A DNA stretch of 64,000 nucleotides from Felis catus (Eukaryota). The notes under the pieces are model-generated. The model saw only the letters and a program-made list of their open reading frames with translations, did not search any database and was not told the origin of the DNA. Location of the stretch: assembly GCF_018350175.1 (NCBI RefSeq), contig NC_058383.1:7626001-7690000 (forward strand), given 5' to 3'. Positions 47,088 to 59,300 of this stretch are shown piece after piece. Each line of letters starts with the position of its first letter. Position 1 is the stretch's first letter. The position numbers were made by a program, and so were the translations under genes.

Positions 47088-50000
47088 GCCGCTCCCGCTC
47101 CTGCCATAACTGCAAAGTGTCCGGGCGTCGCCGCTCCTCACCAGCAGGCTCCTCCCGCCTGAGGGGTAGAGGCAGGACCAGTGAGGCAGAGCAGGGTCAG
47201 GAGAGGAGGGAAAGTGTAGGGTGACGGGGTTAAGGGAGGAGATGCCGGCTCAGGTGGCTCTGGGGTACCTGCTGTTTGGTGCCTTCTCTCCGTCCCCTGC
47301 CACAGGGCTTAATTCTGGTGGCCGGGGCTCCTGAAGAAAAAGCAGCAGAGGGGGTGAGGGAGGATCTGTTCCCCCAAGACTGTACCGGCTCCCTCCCTCC
47401 GCTCTCCTGTCCCACAGGGCACAGCACACTACCGGGCACAGGGACAGGGGCCGGACCCTCACCTCAGCAGCACCTCGCTCCTCGTCCTCCCCAGGCACGT
47501 GGCTGTCAATGAAGTCAATCTGCTCAGGGTCTCCGTCAGCTGGAAAGGCCAGGGCACGTCAGCAAGCAGGGGGGAGCCTTCGGGGACCTGTCCATTACCC
47601 CAGTCCCCTTATCCCGACCCCATCACTCACCAGAGCCATCCTCCCTCCGCTCCCTGGGCCCTCGAGGCTCCCGGGCCAGCTCTGAGATTCGGAAGGACAA
47701 CTCCGAAAATTCATCCGTTGACTTTAAATGAAGAAATGCAAAAATGGGAGTCAGCTGCTCAGCAATGCTGGGGGTTCATGGGGTTCAGGCCCTTGGGGTC
47801 TGCTGCTAAGCCAGCCCTTCCTTGGAAACTTGGACAAGGGAAGAAGACCACTCCGGCCACCAACTGATATTCAGAGGCACCAAGCAAAGGGTCCTGGCTC
47901 AGGAGGTTCTCCCCGGGGGCTCAGACCCCCAACGTCCCTCAGAAAAGAGGCTCTTACCTCATTTCCAGACCACCTCTTGCTGCCGCTGTCAACACTGTGG
48001 AAGCCTGAGTCTAGCCCACCATCGTACCGACGTCCCGGAAATAAGTCCTCAGCAGGGCTAGTGCCAGCCAGGGAGAGCTAGTCAGTCCGATATCAGGCAG
48101 TGACGCCTCTCATCTTCCCACCAACACCCATGGAGTCCATGCGGCCAGGAAGGGGCAGCAAGTATCCAGGAGCATCCTTTCTTCCCACTTAGAACTTACC
48201 AGGGACTGAAACTCGGGGGGCGGGAAGGGGCCAGGTCCCCCAATGCCGACCCCCCACGCCGCCCAGCCTCTGTTGACAAGTACTTAAAGATGTGAAGCTT
48301 CCCCTTCAAGCAGATCTAGGTATAAGGGGGCACAAGGTAGGGGTTAGGGGAAGGGAAGGGGGCTCCCCCAGATCCCGATTGGCTGCTAAAGGGAACCACC
48401 TCCCAACGCCTACCCACTCTCAGCTCTGTCTCCATGGTCTACCCCAAACCCACCCCTCACCTGAGCAGGTGGGCTTTGCAGGGGGTTGCTGTCCAGCAGA
48501 ATGACCTGCAGGTGCCTGAGGCGGCAGAAGGAGACCGGGATGCGGGAGACACGGTTACAGGAGAAATCCAGGCGGACAAGAGGAAGATCCCCCAGCTCTG
48601 GGCGTGGGTGAGGGAAGAGTCAGGAGCCTGCCCAAGGGGGGGGAGGGTCTTGTGCTCACCTCCTCTGCCCTCTGCTCTGGCCAGCTGGCCACCCTGGCGT
48701 CCACCACAGGATGCCCTGACTGGCTGAGAGCACTCCCCAGGAACAACCTACCTGGTTCCCTTCCTGCTCAAATATGGCCCCCTCCAGGCCCCCCTCCCTT
48801 AGCTCCTATCCATCTCATGTGCTTCTCTCCTTTTCCCCACCCTGCCCACTGCACACTTCAACCGTTGCTCCATCCCCAAGTGACCATCACAGACCCAAAC
48901 CAAACTGTGACGTCGCACAGCTCAAAAATCTTCCATGACTTGCAGCCAAGGCTGCTAGGGGTGAGTGGCCTGTGCCCTGCACAAAGGACCCAGGCAGGAA
49001 GGGACTGCAATCCCACCTGAACTTCACTAGCTAAGCCCTTCCGGTCCCAGGCAAGGCTGTGCCCACCCACAGGAAAGGGTGCCTTTTTCTATTTCTCAAA
49101 CACGCACAGTTGGATTAGTGGTAGCCAGAGACACAGAATAAAAATCACCACTCCCTGGCCCAGCACGGCCAAGGTGTTCATGATCTGGCTCAGCCCACAT
49201 TTCCCATCGCAATGCCCACCCTTACACCACACCAAACAATCCTCCAGCCCCTCGGCTTCTGCACCTTTCCACCTGCTGTTTGCTCAGCTGGGACAATGTC
49301 ATTTTTGTGTCCATCTTTCAAGGTTCAGCTCAAGTGTTGCTTGCTCCACAAAATCTTTCCAGACACTTAGGTTAGAATTCCCTGCTCCTTCCTCTGTGTC
49401 CCCAGAGCATTTTGCTAGGGTCTTTTTTATGGCCCAGAGAGCATCCTGATCAAATGCTTGTTTACACTGCTACTGACTCAGAAGGAAAGAGAGCCAGTGT
49501 AGGAGTAAGGGGAGCTCAGAGAAAATGGGTGACCAGCTGACTCCCTCCCTTGTTCTTTAAGAACAAGATGAGCAAGGCTCAGGTCCTTCTCGCCTGGCCA
49601 TGGCTTGCCTTTCTCACCACATCCTGCCAGACTGTGCTCCCTCCCACCCACATGCTTTGCCCCAGGATGCTTTGCCTGGGATGCAGAAGGAAGGAGAACT
49701 TTCCTTCACAGGTCGGCTCCTGCCATGCCTCTGGGGCAAAGTCTTCCTCAAACTCCCTGAGCAGAGCCACGTGCCTTCCCTCCAGCTCCTGCAGCTCTTT
49801 AAGAGTCCTGTTCTAGCACTTTCTTCCACTTCTCTCCCCATGAAGCCAATACAGTTTAACAGTTGGCCCCAGATCTGAGTGACATCACACACATCTACCT
49901 GACGCCCACCTAAAACACAGGAAACACACGACAATGCTGGCTGGCTAAGGGCAGGGGTGCTTGCTTTGGAACAAAGGCTATCAAATGTTGGGGTGGATCA

Positions 50001-53000
50001 CAGCTAGCTCGTTAAAATGGGGCTGCTTGGGCTCTGGCACGTGGCTCCACTGATTCAATCTCCGGGGAGGAGGTACAGGGCATCATCTGACTTGAGAGCT
50101 CCCACTGGGTGAATGAGGACACCGGGTGATGCTGAAGGCCCCTTCCAATCCTGGGATTCTACAGGGTACCAACACACTCACTCACTCTCCCTTCTGTGCC
50201 TTGTTCCACATTTGTGAAATAGAGCTAATAACCCATGCCTGCCAGCCTCAGAGGGTTGCTGGTTAAGAACAAGTAAGTTAGGGGGTACTTGGAGGGCTCA
50301 GATGGTTAAGTGTCTGACTCCTGATTTCGGTTCAGGTCATGATCTCACGGTTCGTGAGTTCAAGCCCCACATCGGGCTCCACGCTGGCAGTGCGGAGCCT
50401 GCTTGGGATTCTCCTTCTCTCCCTTTCTCTCTGCCCCTCCCTGCTCACTCTCTCTTTCATTTGTTTTACACACTGCAAAACCCTAGGCAACTAAGGCATC
50501 GATGTTCTGTGAAGAGTCTTTGTCTGCGACTTCTCCAATGTAAACAACACACACACACTCTTTCTCTCCGCACGCCCCCCCCCCACCCCACCCCCCAGCT
50601 CCTCATTCTCCTTACCATCAGGGAGGGTGCTGAGCTGGTTTCTCCGAACACTGAGGTCCCGCAGGGAAGGGAGGCTACACAGCTCTGTGGGAAGGGACTG
50701 CAACTCATTGCCGCTCACATCCTGCAATGAGGAAAGAAGCAGGGCAGGAGCCCTAAGACCAGGAGCATCAGGGGCACCTGCTGGCTCAGTCAGCTAAGTG
50801 GCTGACTCTTGATTTCGGCTCAGGTCATGATCGCACAGTTCATGAGATCGAGCCCCGCGTCAGGCTCTGCGCTGACAGCGCTGACTGCTTGCAATTCTCT
50901 CCCGCTCTCCCTCTGCCCGACTCTCTCTCTCTCTCTCATAATAAATAAACAAACATTAAAAAGAAAAAACAAACAAACAAACAAGAGCATCAGAAACTGC
51001 CTCCTGTCTCTGGCCACCTCCAGGTGGTCCCCACCTCTCCCCAGCTTCCCCCAAAGGTGCCTGGCTCGACAGCCCCTCTCTTTGCCCTGCTCCCTATGCT
51101 CACAAGCTGCCGCAGGCTTCCCAAGGCGCTGATGTCGGGAGGCAGGGCTCCCAGTTTGTTGTTGCTGACAATGAGCACCCGGAGGGGCAGCTGGCAGATG
51201 TAGGGTGGCAGCGATGACAGCTGGTTTCGGCTGTGGAGGGGAGAAAGGCAGTGGGCTCACTCCCCGGGCATGGCATCCTAGGGTCGCCCTCTTTTCAGGG
51301 TCACCAGGAGGGGGACTCGGGGTACTGTGCACTGGGACTTGGGGCTGAGAAGAATAAGCTCCCCACCGTGCACCCCCTCCCCAGCCACGCCTTCCTACCT
51401 GAGGTTGAGGTAGGTAAGGGCCGTGAGATTCCCCAAGGCTGGGTTCAGGCATCTCAGGCAATTGTGATAGAGGCTCAGGCCCTCCAGGGACACCAGCTGG
51501 CATGCTGCCTCTGGCACCTCGGGGAACCGGTTCCGGGAGAGGTCTAGGGGAAGCAAGTATCAGAGGAGAGCTATAGAAAGACCCAGTCCTGGACAAAACG
51601 ACCGTGAACTCTCCCAGAGCCAGCTGCCCAGAAGTCTGCCTCCCCTTCGGACCTGAAGAATCAGACCTATAAACCCGGGCTCCCTGGAGACAACAAAGCT
51701 TTCTGCAAAACTTGAGCATGTTGCAAGCACATTACCAGAACAGCAAAGGAAAGGCAAAGGCCACAGGGTCACTGGGCTGGAGAACCCCAGACTTGGGAGG
51801 GCAAAACATGAACACCGCCTTCAAGTACACAAACGAAGGGCTATCCTGGAAAGGGTAACTGGCTTCTAGAACTCTTGTGATTCCTGTTGTTCTATGGAGA
51901 AGGGCTGGTGCTCCAGAGAAAATAGCAAGGTAATAGAGTGGGAGGCTCCAGATAAGAATATTGTCAACCTCTGGAGGAGACCACTGAGAAAGCTCATCCC
52001 TCCTCAGGGCCTTTCCCCCAACCTCAACCTCTTTTCAACACAGGGGAGAAACCAAGGGCCATTAGAGTCTGGCTCTAGAGATTAAATAAGGCTCCTGACA
52101 TACTGGACAACGGCACTTCATCAGCCCCTGGGATCAGCAAGCCAGGTCCAAGAGTCTGTGAAGTAACAGACTCCCAGGGACCAGGAAGGGAGGGCAAGCT
52201 GATCAACCTGGAGGTGGGAGCTAGAGTCCTCGGGTCCCTCCCATCAGGATACACTGTGCTCAGGACTGGCCTCCTTCCCACCTTCTTCCAGCCCCACCAG
52301 CCCCGCTCTACTTCCTCTCTTACTGACCCAGACTTCAGGCACTCGGCTCTTTTGCAGGATCTTGGTGTGGGTGAGGGGCAGAGAGGGAGGAAGAGAGGAT
52401 AAAACCTCTTACCACCCCTTATTCTCAAGGGGTCGCTTGCTACTCCAATGAAAGGAGTCAGGCACGGGGTTTCCGCCAGTCTGGGGATGGTAATTGCTGA
52501 GAGCCCTGCAAGCAAGACTGGATTTCTGCTTCCTCTCCTCGCCTGTACTGGGAGGGGCCCAAGGCCTACTGTGGGATGTCTCTGGCAACAGAACTTGGGT
52601 GAGCTTTTTAGACAGCCCTCCCCAGGAAGGGGTGAGCGAAAGCCATTGGGAGGGAAGCTGGGGTATATCCCCCAAGGAAACGAGTCTCACGACAGGAAAT
52701 GGAGTAGAAACAAGCTGTCGGGTTCTCTCTCTGGTGGGCCCTATGTTCACCAGGGCGGTGACAGCCTGAGGCACCAGGGGTCCTTCTTTCTCCCTCTCTG
52801 CTCACAGTCCCGGAGCACAGAGAGAAGACCTGTCAAGGGAGAAGACCCCAGTTCTGGAGAGGGTGAGAGGGCCAGATGCAGGCCTCCTCCGCTCACCTTC
52901 CACCTGCCTGCTCTCCCTGCATCCCCAAATGCATGTGTGTGCAAGCGCGGGTGCCATGGATGAAGGGGGTGGAGAGGACAAGCCGGCTGAGCGGTGACAG

Positions 53001-55310
53001 GGGCAAAAGGGGCAAAAGCTCGGGGTGGAAGGGAGCCCAGGCTGGAGGAGGCAGGGCACAGGAGGCACAGGATGTGGTCTGTGAGAGAATGAGCTGCACT
53101 TCTCCTTTGTGAGGGCGGCCCCTCCCCGCCATCTCAGGGTTCACCCTACTTTCAGGGGCCCCAAGGAACAGAGTCCGAGGGATATTGGAGACATGTGCCA
53201 CAGGAAACATGCAGAGAAAACAGTGGGGCAGAAAGAGTTGGGAAAGCAGCAGAGGGCTCAGGATAATCTGGTGGAGTGTTGAAGCGTTTAGTCTGGGTTG
53301 GAGGGCAAGGAGGTATGGAGGGCAGGGTATGGGCAACCCCAACTGTTACTTCCCCTTTCCACTCCAACCTATAAGCCTTCTGCTTGGGGAGCAGGGTCAG
53401 AGAACATTTTGGACAAGACAGATTCCACCTGGCCTACAACCTGGGCCCAGAAAGGACTTAGGATTTCTGCGTGGAGAGCAGGACAGGGAGAGGTCCTCAG
53501 TAAGCTGGGATTTTCCCACTTCGTCACACAAGCTCACTCAGGAGAACTAACTGCCTGCACCCTGAGCCGGAATGCTGGGGGAGGAGGCGGGGAGGGGGTA
53601 GGAGCTGGGAGGGGCCAGGGAGTTCTTGGTAGTTTTCCCCAGGAGTCCACTCACAGAGACAGAGCCCTAAGGAAGTAAAGAATAACATTTGGTCTTTGTC
53701 AAAAAACAAGCAAGGGGGAGGGGAAAGGGAACAGACGGCGAGTGTCACACAGCTGCTGAGGTCAATCTGGAGCTTGGGGGTTAGGCGGCTGGGGGAGATG
53801 GAGAGGGAGAGGAATGGCTCCTGGGGCTCACCCATTCCCTGAACTCACTTGCTGCATGGTGGGCAAGTAAGTTTCCCCAGCAACCCAAGAAAAGTGGAGA
53901 GGTTTAAACTGGTTCTCCCCAGAACAGTGGAGGAAAGAGAGTGTCTGTGTCCACTTGGGTGTTTGCAGGTGAACAGGCACCTGCTAGAGGAGAAATGCAT
54001 TCAGTCCCTGAGCAGTGTTTTCAGGAGGACACTCAGCCAGCCCCAAGTCCCACCCCTGGGCTAGGCCGGGGTGGGGCTTCGGGAATGCGGTCCTCTGGCC
54101 CACTCCCAATCTCCACCCCCCAGCTGCCAGCCCAGGGTCATAGGTTGTTGCCTCCTGAGCAGCTGAAGCCTGACTCACCTGTCATGGTAGAGTCCCCCAC
54201 ACCCCACCATCAAGAGACACCAGTGAGGAGGGACATGATTAGAGCGATCTGTGGGGTGGAGGAGTGGAAGGACAGTGCGACAGTCTCTAGCTTCCCAGAA
54301 CTCCATGCCAGGAGATAAGATTTCCTTCCTTTCAGCAACTGCCTCAAGTCCCTCCCCTTCTAGGGAAAGCAGACACTGAAATGGGAATTCTAAGGTCCCT
54401 ATGAGGTCACAGGCTCCATTGTGACCTCACACACGCAAGAAGGAGGGGGAGTCTCAGATAAGGGGGTCAGGGATAATAGGTGGAAGAGCTCGCGGAGAAA
54501 AGAGTTAGGGGAGGTGTAAGATTTGCTTCTTTCCCATAGGCTTGCTGGGTGAAGAGTGGAGAGGGCCAGGGGGCGGGACGATAAGCACAGTAAACAGAAG
54601 CACCAGGTTGTTAGGGGCGAATCCTAAGGAAGAGGGGGGCCTACGGCTGCTCGGATCTAGGTGGAACCGGGAAAGAGTTGGAGACGAAGTGGAGAAAGAG
54701 AAAGGAGTCATTAGAGGGGCTCTTGGGGGCTGCTTTAAGGAACGATCAGAACTGAGGTTGAAGAGGTCATGCAAATGAGCCAACCAGGTGAGGGGCGGGA
54801 CCATTCTACAGGTGCGCAGAAAGGCAAATAAAGAGGAGCAGAAGACGGGGAACTCTCACAACACTCGGTCAGGGCGCCGGACGTTCGGTGCAAAGGAGAA
54901 ATGGGTTCATTGTCCAGGAGTTCTCAAAGTGGGGAGGGGGAGTTAGCAGGCTTATGCAAATAGTCAGGGTCAAGAACCTCGACGGTCAGGTGAAGGGGCG
55001 GGCCAGACTCCCGAGACCGGCGAGAAACAAGCTAGGGGCGGGGCTATGCAAATGAGGGTCCCAGCCCGGGACTAGGCCGAGTGCACTCACCAGCCTGGGT
55101 GATGTCTGACAGGTCGTAGCTGCGGGCCGCGCCCCGGGGGAAGTACTTCAAGCGTCGGTTGGACAGGTTCAGGGTCCCGGTGGCCACGGCCTCCTCTAGG
55201 GCCCGCTCTGCACTGCGGCTCCCGGGCAGACCCGGAGACCCCGGAACGGAGGTCGTGGCCGCCGCCTCTTCACCCCCGGCGGCGAGTGGGGCCGCTACCG
55301 CCGCCGCCAT
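45149..55310 (-). CDS. LRCH4: Leucine-rich repeat and calponin homology domain-containing protein 4, 18 exons, 694 aa, C-terminal TM helix
   Basis: complement(join(55310..55091,51543..51399,51230..51104,50721..50616,48597..48461,48315..48200,48057..47958,47721..47631,47539..47463,47330..47269,47158..47021,46889..46821,46730..46618,46486..46403,46190..46105,45971..45834,45738..45661,45346..45149)) = 2085 nt, all GT-AG and in phase. MAAAVAAPLAAGGEE start, LRRs (LNLSNRRL, DLSRNRF, DFSCNRV), CH domain (LANGVILCQLANQLRP), TM segment GGFIFFYVVLMLLLYVVY. Confidence 0.97.
47056..47085 (-). repeat. Pure (CAG)10 coding repeat in LRCH4 exon 11
   Basis: (CTG)10 on +; reads RR-Q10-HSGAWG. Confidence 0.95.
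50281..50460 (+). mobile_element. CAN-SINE in LRCH4 intron 4
   Basis: Head gggggtacttggagggctcagatggttaag and (CT)n tract; no A-tail. Confidence 0.85.
50769..50993 (+). mobile_element. CAN-SINE in LRCH4 intron 3
   Basis: Head ggggcacctgctggctcagtcag; (AAAC)n tail. Confidence 0.9.
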
Positions 55311-56300
55311 CCGCTCTCGGCGGCTCCCGCTGCCTGACTGACGGGACCGGCCGTCCCTCCTCCCCCCTCCCCCTCCTTGGAGCCGCCGTAGTCGCTTCAA
55401 GGGGGAGGAAACGCGCTCAGGGACACGGCGGACCAATCGCGATCCGAAGACGCGTTGGAAGTGGCTTATCAGAATCCGCCGGGGGGGTGGAGACTATAGC
55501 GCAGGAGTGAGGCGACAGAAGGGAGGGGGCTAGAATAGAGCGCTCGCCAACGGCCGACGCTCCAGGCCGGCCCGCCCCGCGCAGCCGCGTCCAATCGCAA
55601 TGCTTAGGGCTGGAGATGGAGCCAATCAGGTCTAACCAGGAGACGGGGACGCCGGTGCTCAACTAGAAGGGATAGAGGCCGAGACCTCAAGCCGGGTCTC
55701 GGGGTTTTTTTTTTTTTCCAACGGAGACCAATCGCAAGCCGGACACAGGCGAGTGACTGTCAAGAAGGCCAATTAAATCTTCCGGAGGGAACCGGCCCGG
55801 CCTCTTCTCTGAGAGACGGCTGTACCTACCAATAGCATGGGCGAGAAGGCGGTCCCTTCGCCTAGCAGGAGGCGGGTGAGCTAGATCTTTGAGACGGAGG
55901 TTAAAGAACGTGAGCGCTGCCGGTCGGGCGGGCTGGGAACAGTGCAGGGCCTGGAGAGGCGAGTGCGAGCTGCAAATGTTAGGGAGCGAGCCTGCTTTGA
56001 GGGCGTGAAGGAGGGGGGTGAGGTGCAAGGCGAAGCCTGAGACCAGCGGGGAGGGAGGGGGTCGTTGCAACTGAAGGGACCGTGGAGGCCTTTCCGGCTG
56101 CGGAGTCTGAGGCCCTGCGGCGGTCTCCGGAGCTCCGGCGGGCGGGGGGCTTCCCAGAGACTGGAGATGCCCAAGGCAGCTCCTGAAGGGAGGGTTACGG
56201 GAGACCGGGAGAGCTTCCAGAACTACCGCCCGGCTGGCCAGCCTACCTCGAGGAGCGCGCCCCGGCGGGAACTGTGATGACAGGACCTGAGGCGGGGGAG
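54760..56300. promoter_or_regulatory. Bidirectional CpG-island promoter of LRCH4 and FBXO24
   Basis: Divergent ATGs at 55310 (-) and 55837 (+), about 0.53 kb apart; CpG-rich; several CCAAT boxes; three ATGCAAAT octamers on the LRCH4 intron 1 side. Confidence 0.85.
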
Positions 56301-59300
56301 GGGAGTTAGTCCATAAGGGACCATCTCATTCGGAAGAAGCCCGCCGTTTTACAAATGAGGAAACTGAGGCGGAGGGAAGTTGAGGAGTTGGCTAGAGCAG
56401 AAGCCCGGTTTCCCAGCGACTTCTACGTGGGCTTTTTCTATTCGCACCGTCTCCTTTGCTTCCTGAGCTGAAATAGTGGGGACCCAGACCCAAGAGGAAG
56501 CTGAGGATCCTTTTTCTGTGTGCTGAGGGATCTCAACGTCCTTTTAGGTGGCAAAAGGACCTAACACATTAACATAGTCCATTTACCACGTTAATAGTTG
56601 CCTGATCACAAACAACTAAAGGTTCTTGTGAATCACATCTCAGAGGTTGAGATTTCCTAAACATGCATTGAATCCTTAAAGTTCCATCCGCGGTGTCTCA
56701 AACTAGTTGTTTACTAGTCACCAAGAGTAAGGGAGTTTGGGTGGTTGACTGATAGCTGGCGCAGTAAAGGAAAGTCTGTAATACTAGGCAGCTGAGGGCT
56801 GGATGTCCAGGATTGGATTCCTTTGCGTTCCTGGAAGAGCCAGTTACTCCCTTTGGTTTATTGGTGTAGATCCTTTGCCCCTACCTGGACAGACATACCC
56901 TGAACTCCAGCTGTTTCTCCTATATGGCGGCCCTCTCTCCCCATAAGACTAAGTTAAGAGCTTAGACCCTGGGAGATACCCTATGCTTTCAGAGCAATTC
57001 TATCCCTTTCTTCCACCTTAATAGGTTGTCCTTCATACATGCATTGACGTTACTGTCCCAGGAAATCTGCTTTTGGATGTGTTTTTGTAAGACTAAAGAG
57101 TCGGTGCTGAATTATTCCCACTTTCATCTAGTGCATGTTTCCCTCTAAGCGAGTGTAGCAGGGTCATCTTTCCTCCTCACCTGTCAAACAGTTCATATTT
57201 TTTATACTTTTTTTTGGGGGGGGTTAGTTTATACTCTTAGGTAGTTTATACTGTTATCCTCTTACGTAGTTTATACCAATCCCCTGGAGGCCCTGGCCTG
57301 CTGAGATATGAAGAATTCACCAGTGTTTCTCTACAGAGCAGAGTGCTAAAGGGCCTCAAGGGGAGGAACCTCACAACTGTGCTCCAAAAGTAAAGGCCTC
57401 ATCTAGCAGTCGTTCACACTTTCTTTCTCCTGGAGGAGGGGCTCATGCATATCCCATGAGCCACTGGGTGGCTAGAGCCAAGCTAGAACCCAGGAACTGT
57501 CTAAGAAAATCCTGGCAGGGTTGGGGAAAATAGGTCACAGTGGCTGGACAGTGAGGTCACAGAGAGGTTTGTCTTCCCAGACTCCATGGGGGAGGGGCCT
57601 AGAAGGCTGAGGGGCCCCAGAGGTTCCCCCAAGCCCAGGCGGGGGACATGGTGTGGGAAAGGCAGCAGGAACGGGGGCCAGGGAGCTGACTACGGGGGGG
57701 TCGGGGGGCCCGGAGGATGAGGGCAGGAGCAGGGACGGGGCAGTCAAGATGGTGAGGAGAAGCCGGAGGAGAAGGCTGCAAAAATTCACCGGGCTGTGCA
57801 GACAGGAGGAGGGGCTCAGGGTGAGGGGGTGGGAGGGTGAGGCAAGGGAAGGACAAGAAGATGGCAGCAAGAGATCAGGGGAGGGGTTCTTTGGAGCTGG
57901 TGAACCCAGAAACACGGCAGACAGGGAGGGGTGTCCCATGGACCTAGAGAGAAAGATAGGAAGATTTGAGGGCACAGAGCCATGAGCCCCTAAGAAAGAA
58001 GCTAATGAAAGGCTGACAGAAGGGAGAAAAGGAGGCCTGACTCTCATGGAATCCCTGTGCTCTCCCTTCTCCTTGGGTAGGTGAAGCGAAGCTGCCCTTC
58101 ATGTGGCCCAGAGCCTGGGGGTGAAGAGAAGAAGGGCAGAGGGAACCCTATTTCTGTTCAGCTGTTCCCCCCAGAGCTGGTGAGTCATCCATGGGGAGGG
58201 ATTCCAGAATAAAGGGCAGGGGACCAGAGTGATGAGGAGCCCCCTTGATGATTCCTGCTTCCTCCCTCCTGCCCACCCCCCAGGTGGAGCATATCATCTC
58301 ATTCCTCCCAGTCAGAGATGTAGTCGCTCTGGGCCAGACCTGCCACTACTTCCATGAAGTGTGCGACGCTGAGGGCGTGTGGAGACGCATCTGTCGCAGG
58401 CTTAGTCCTCGTCTACGAGAGCAGGGCTCTGGGGTCCGGCCCTGGAAGAGAGCTGCCATTCTTAACTGTACAGCTCCCCAGAACCTCAGTTCTCTTTGCC
58501 TCTATCCTGTGCCTTATTATTCTGGGATCCCTCCTGTTCCATAGAGTTGCCTCAGCATTCCTAGCCAACCTGCCAGGGCCCCTTTCTCTAGAAGAGCCTG
58601 TTAGATTCAAACATGCCATCCATCTAGGAGCTCTGCAAGCCTCCAGCTCCACCCTCTGATAGACGTCCCACCCGGAGCCCCCGTTAACTAACATCCCTAC
58701 CAAGTCAGCCTCCGTATTCGAACTCTCTTCCAAATCCTATCCCGGTCGTCTCCTCCACTCCCCAAACCTGGAGTTTTCCCTCCTCTAAACCAGGATTTCT
58801 CAACCTGCCACTGTTGACATTTGGGGCCAAATAATTATTTGGAGTGAGGGGCTGTCCTGCACATTGCAGGACGTTTAGCAGCATCCCTGGCCTCCACCCA
58901 CTAGATGCCAGTAACAAAGCTCCCCCCAGTTGTGACAACCAGTGTTCCCTGAGGACAAAATCACCCCCACGTTGAGAAACATGCTCTGAAGCCCTCCATT
59001 CCCAGGGAGCCCCTATCCAAGTACCTGACTGCACACACTGGAGATTCAGGGAGATCCAGATCTGATCCAGATAGCAGATCCAGAGCTAGGGGTGAGGGCC
59101 GTTACTGGCCTTTCTCAGCCATTCCTTTTCGCTCCTCTGTCTGCTGCTTTTCTATGTACTATATTTCCCTTGATGTCTCTGATGCAAGGTTGGACTAAAG
59201 AAGCCCTCACTTAGAAGCATGTGTAGTGCCCTGGGCTTGGGGTAGGGGGCAGAGAACTAAAGTTCAGGCATAGGGATTATTAAAGATAGCCTGTGTAGGG

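Noticed and set aside
50820-51719. 299-aa - strand ORF
   Set aside because: It crosses LRCH4 exons 2-3 in other frames and ends in a SINE.
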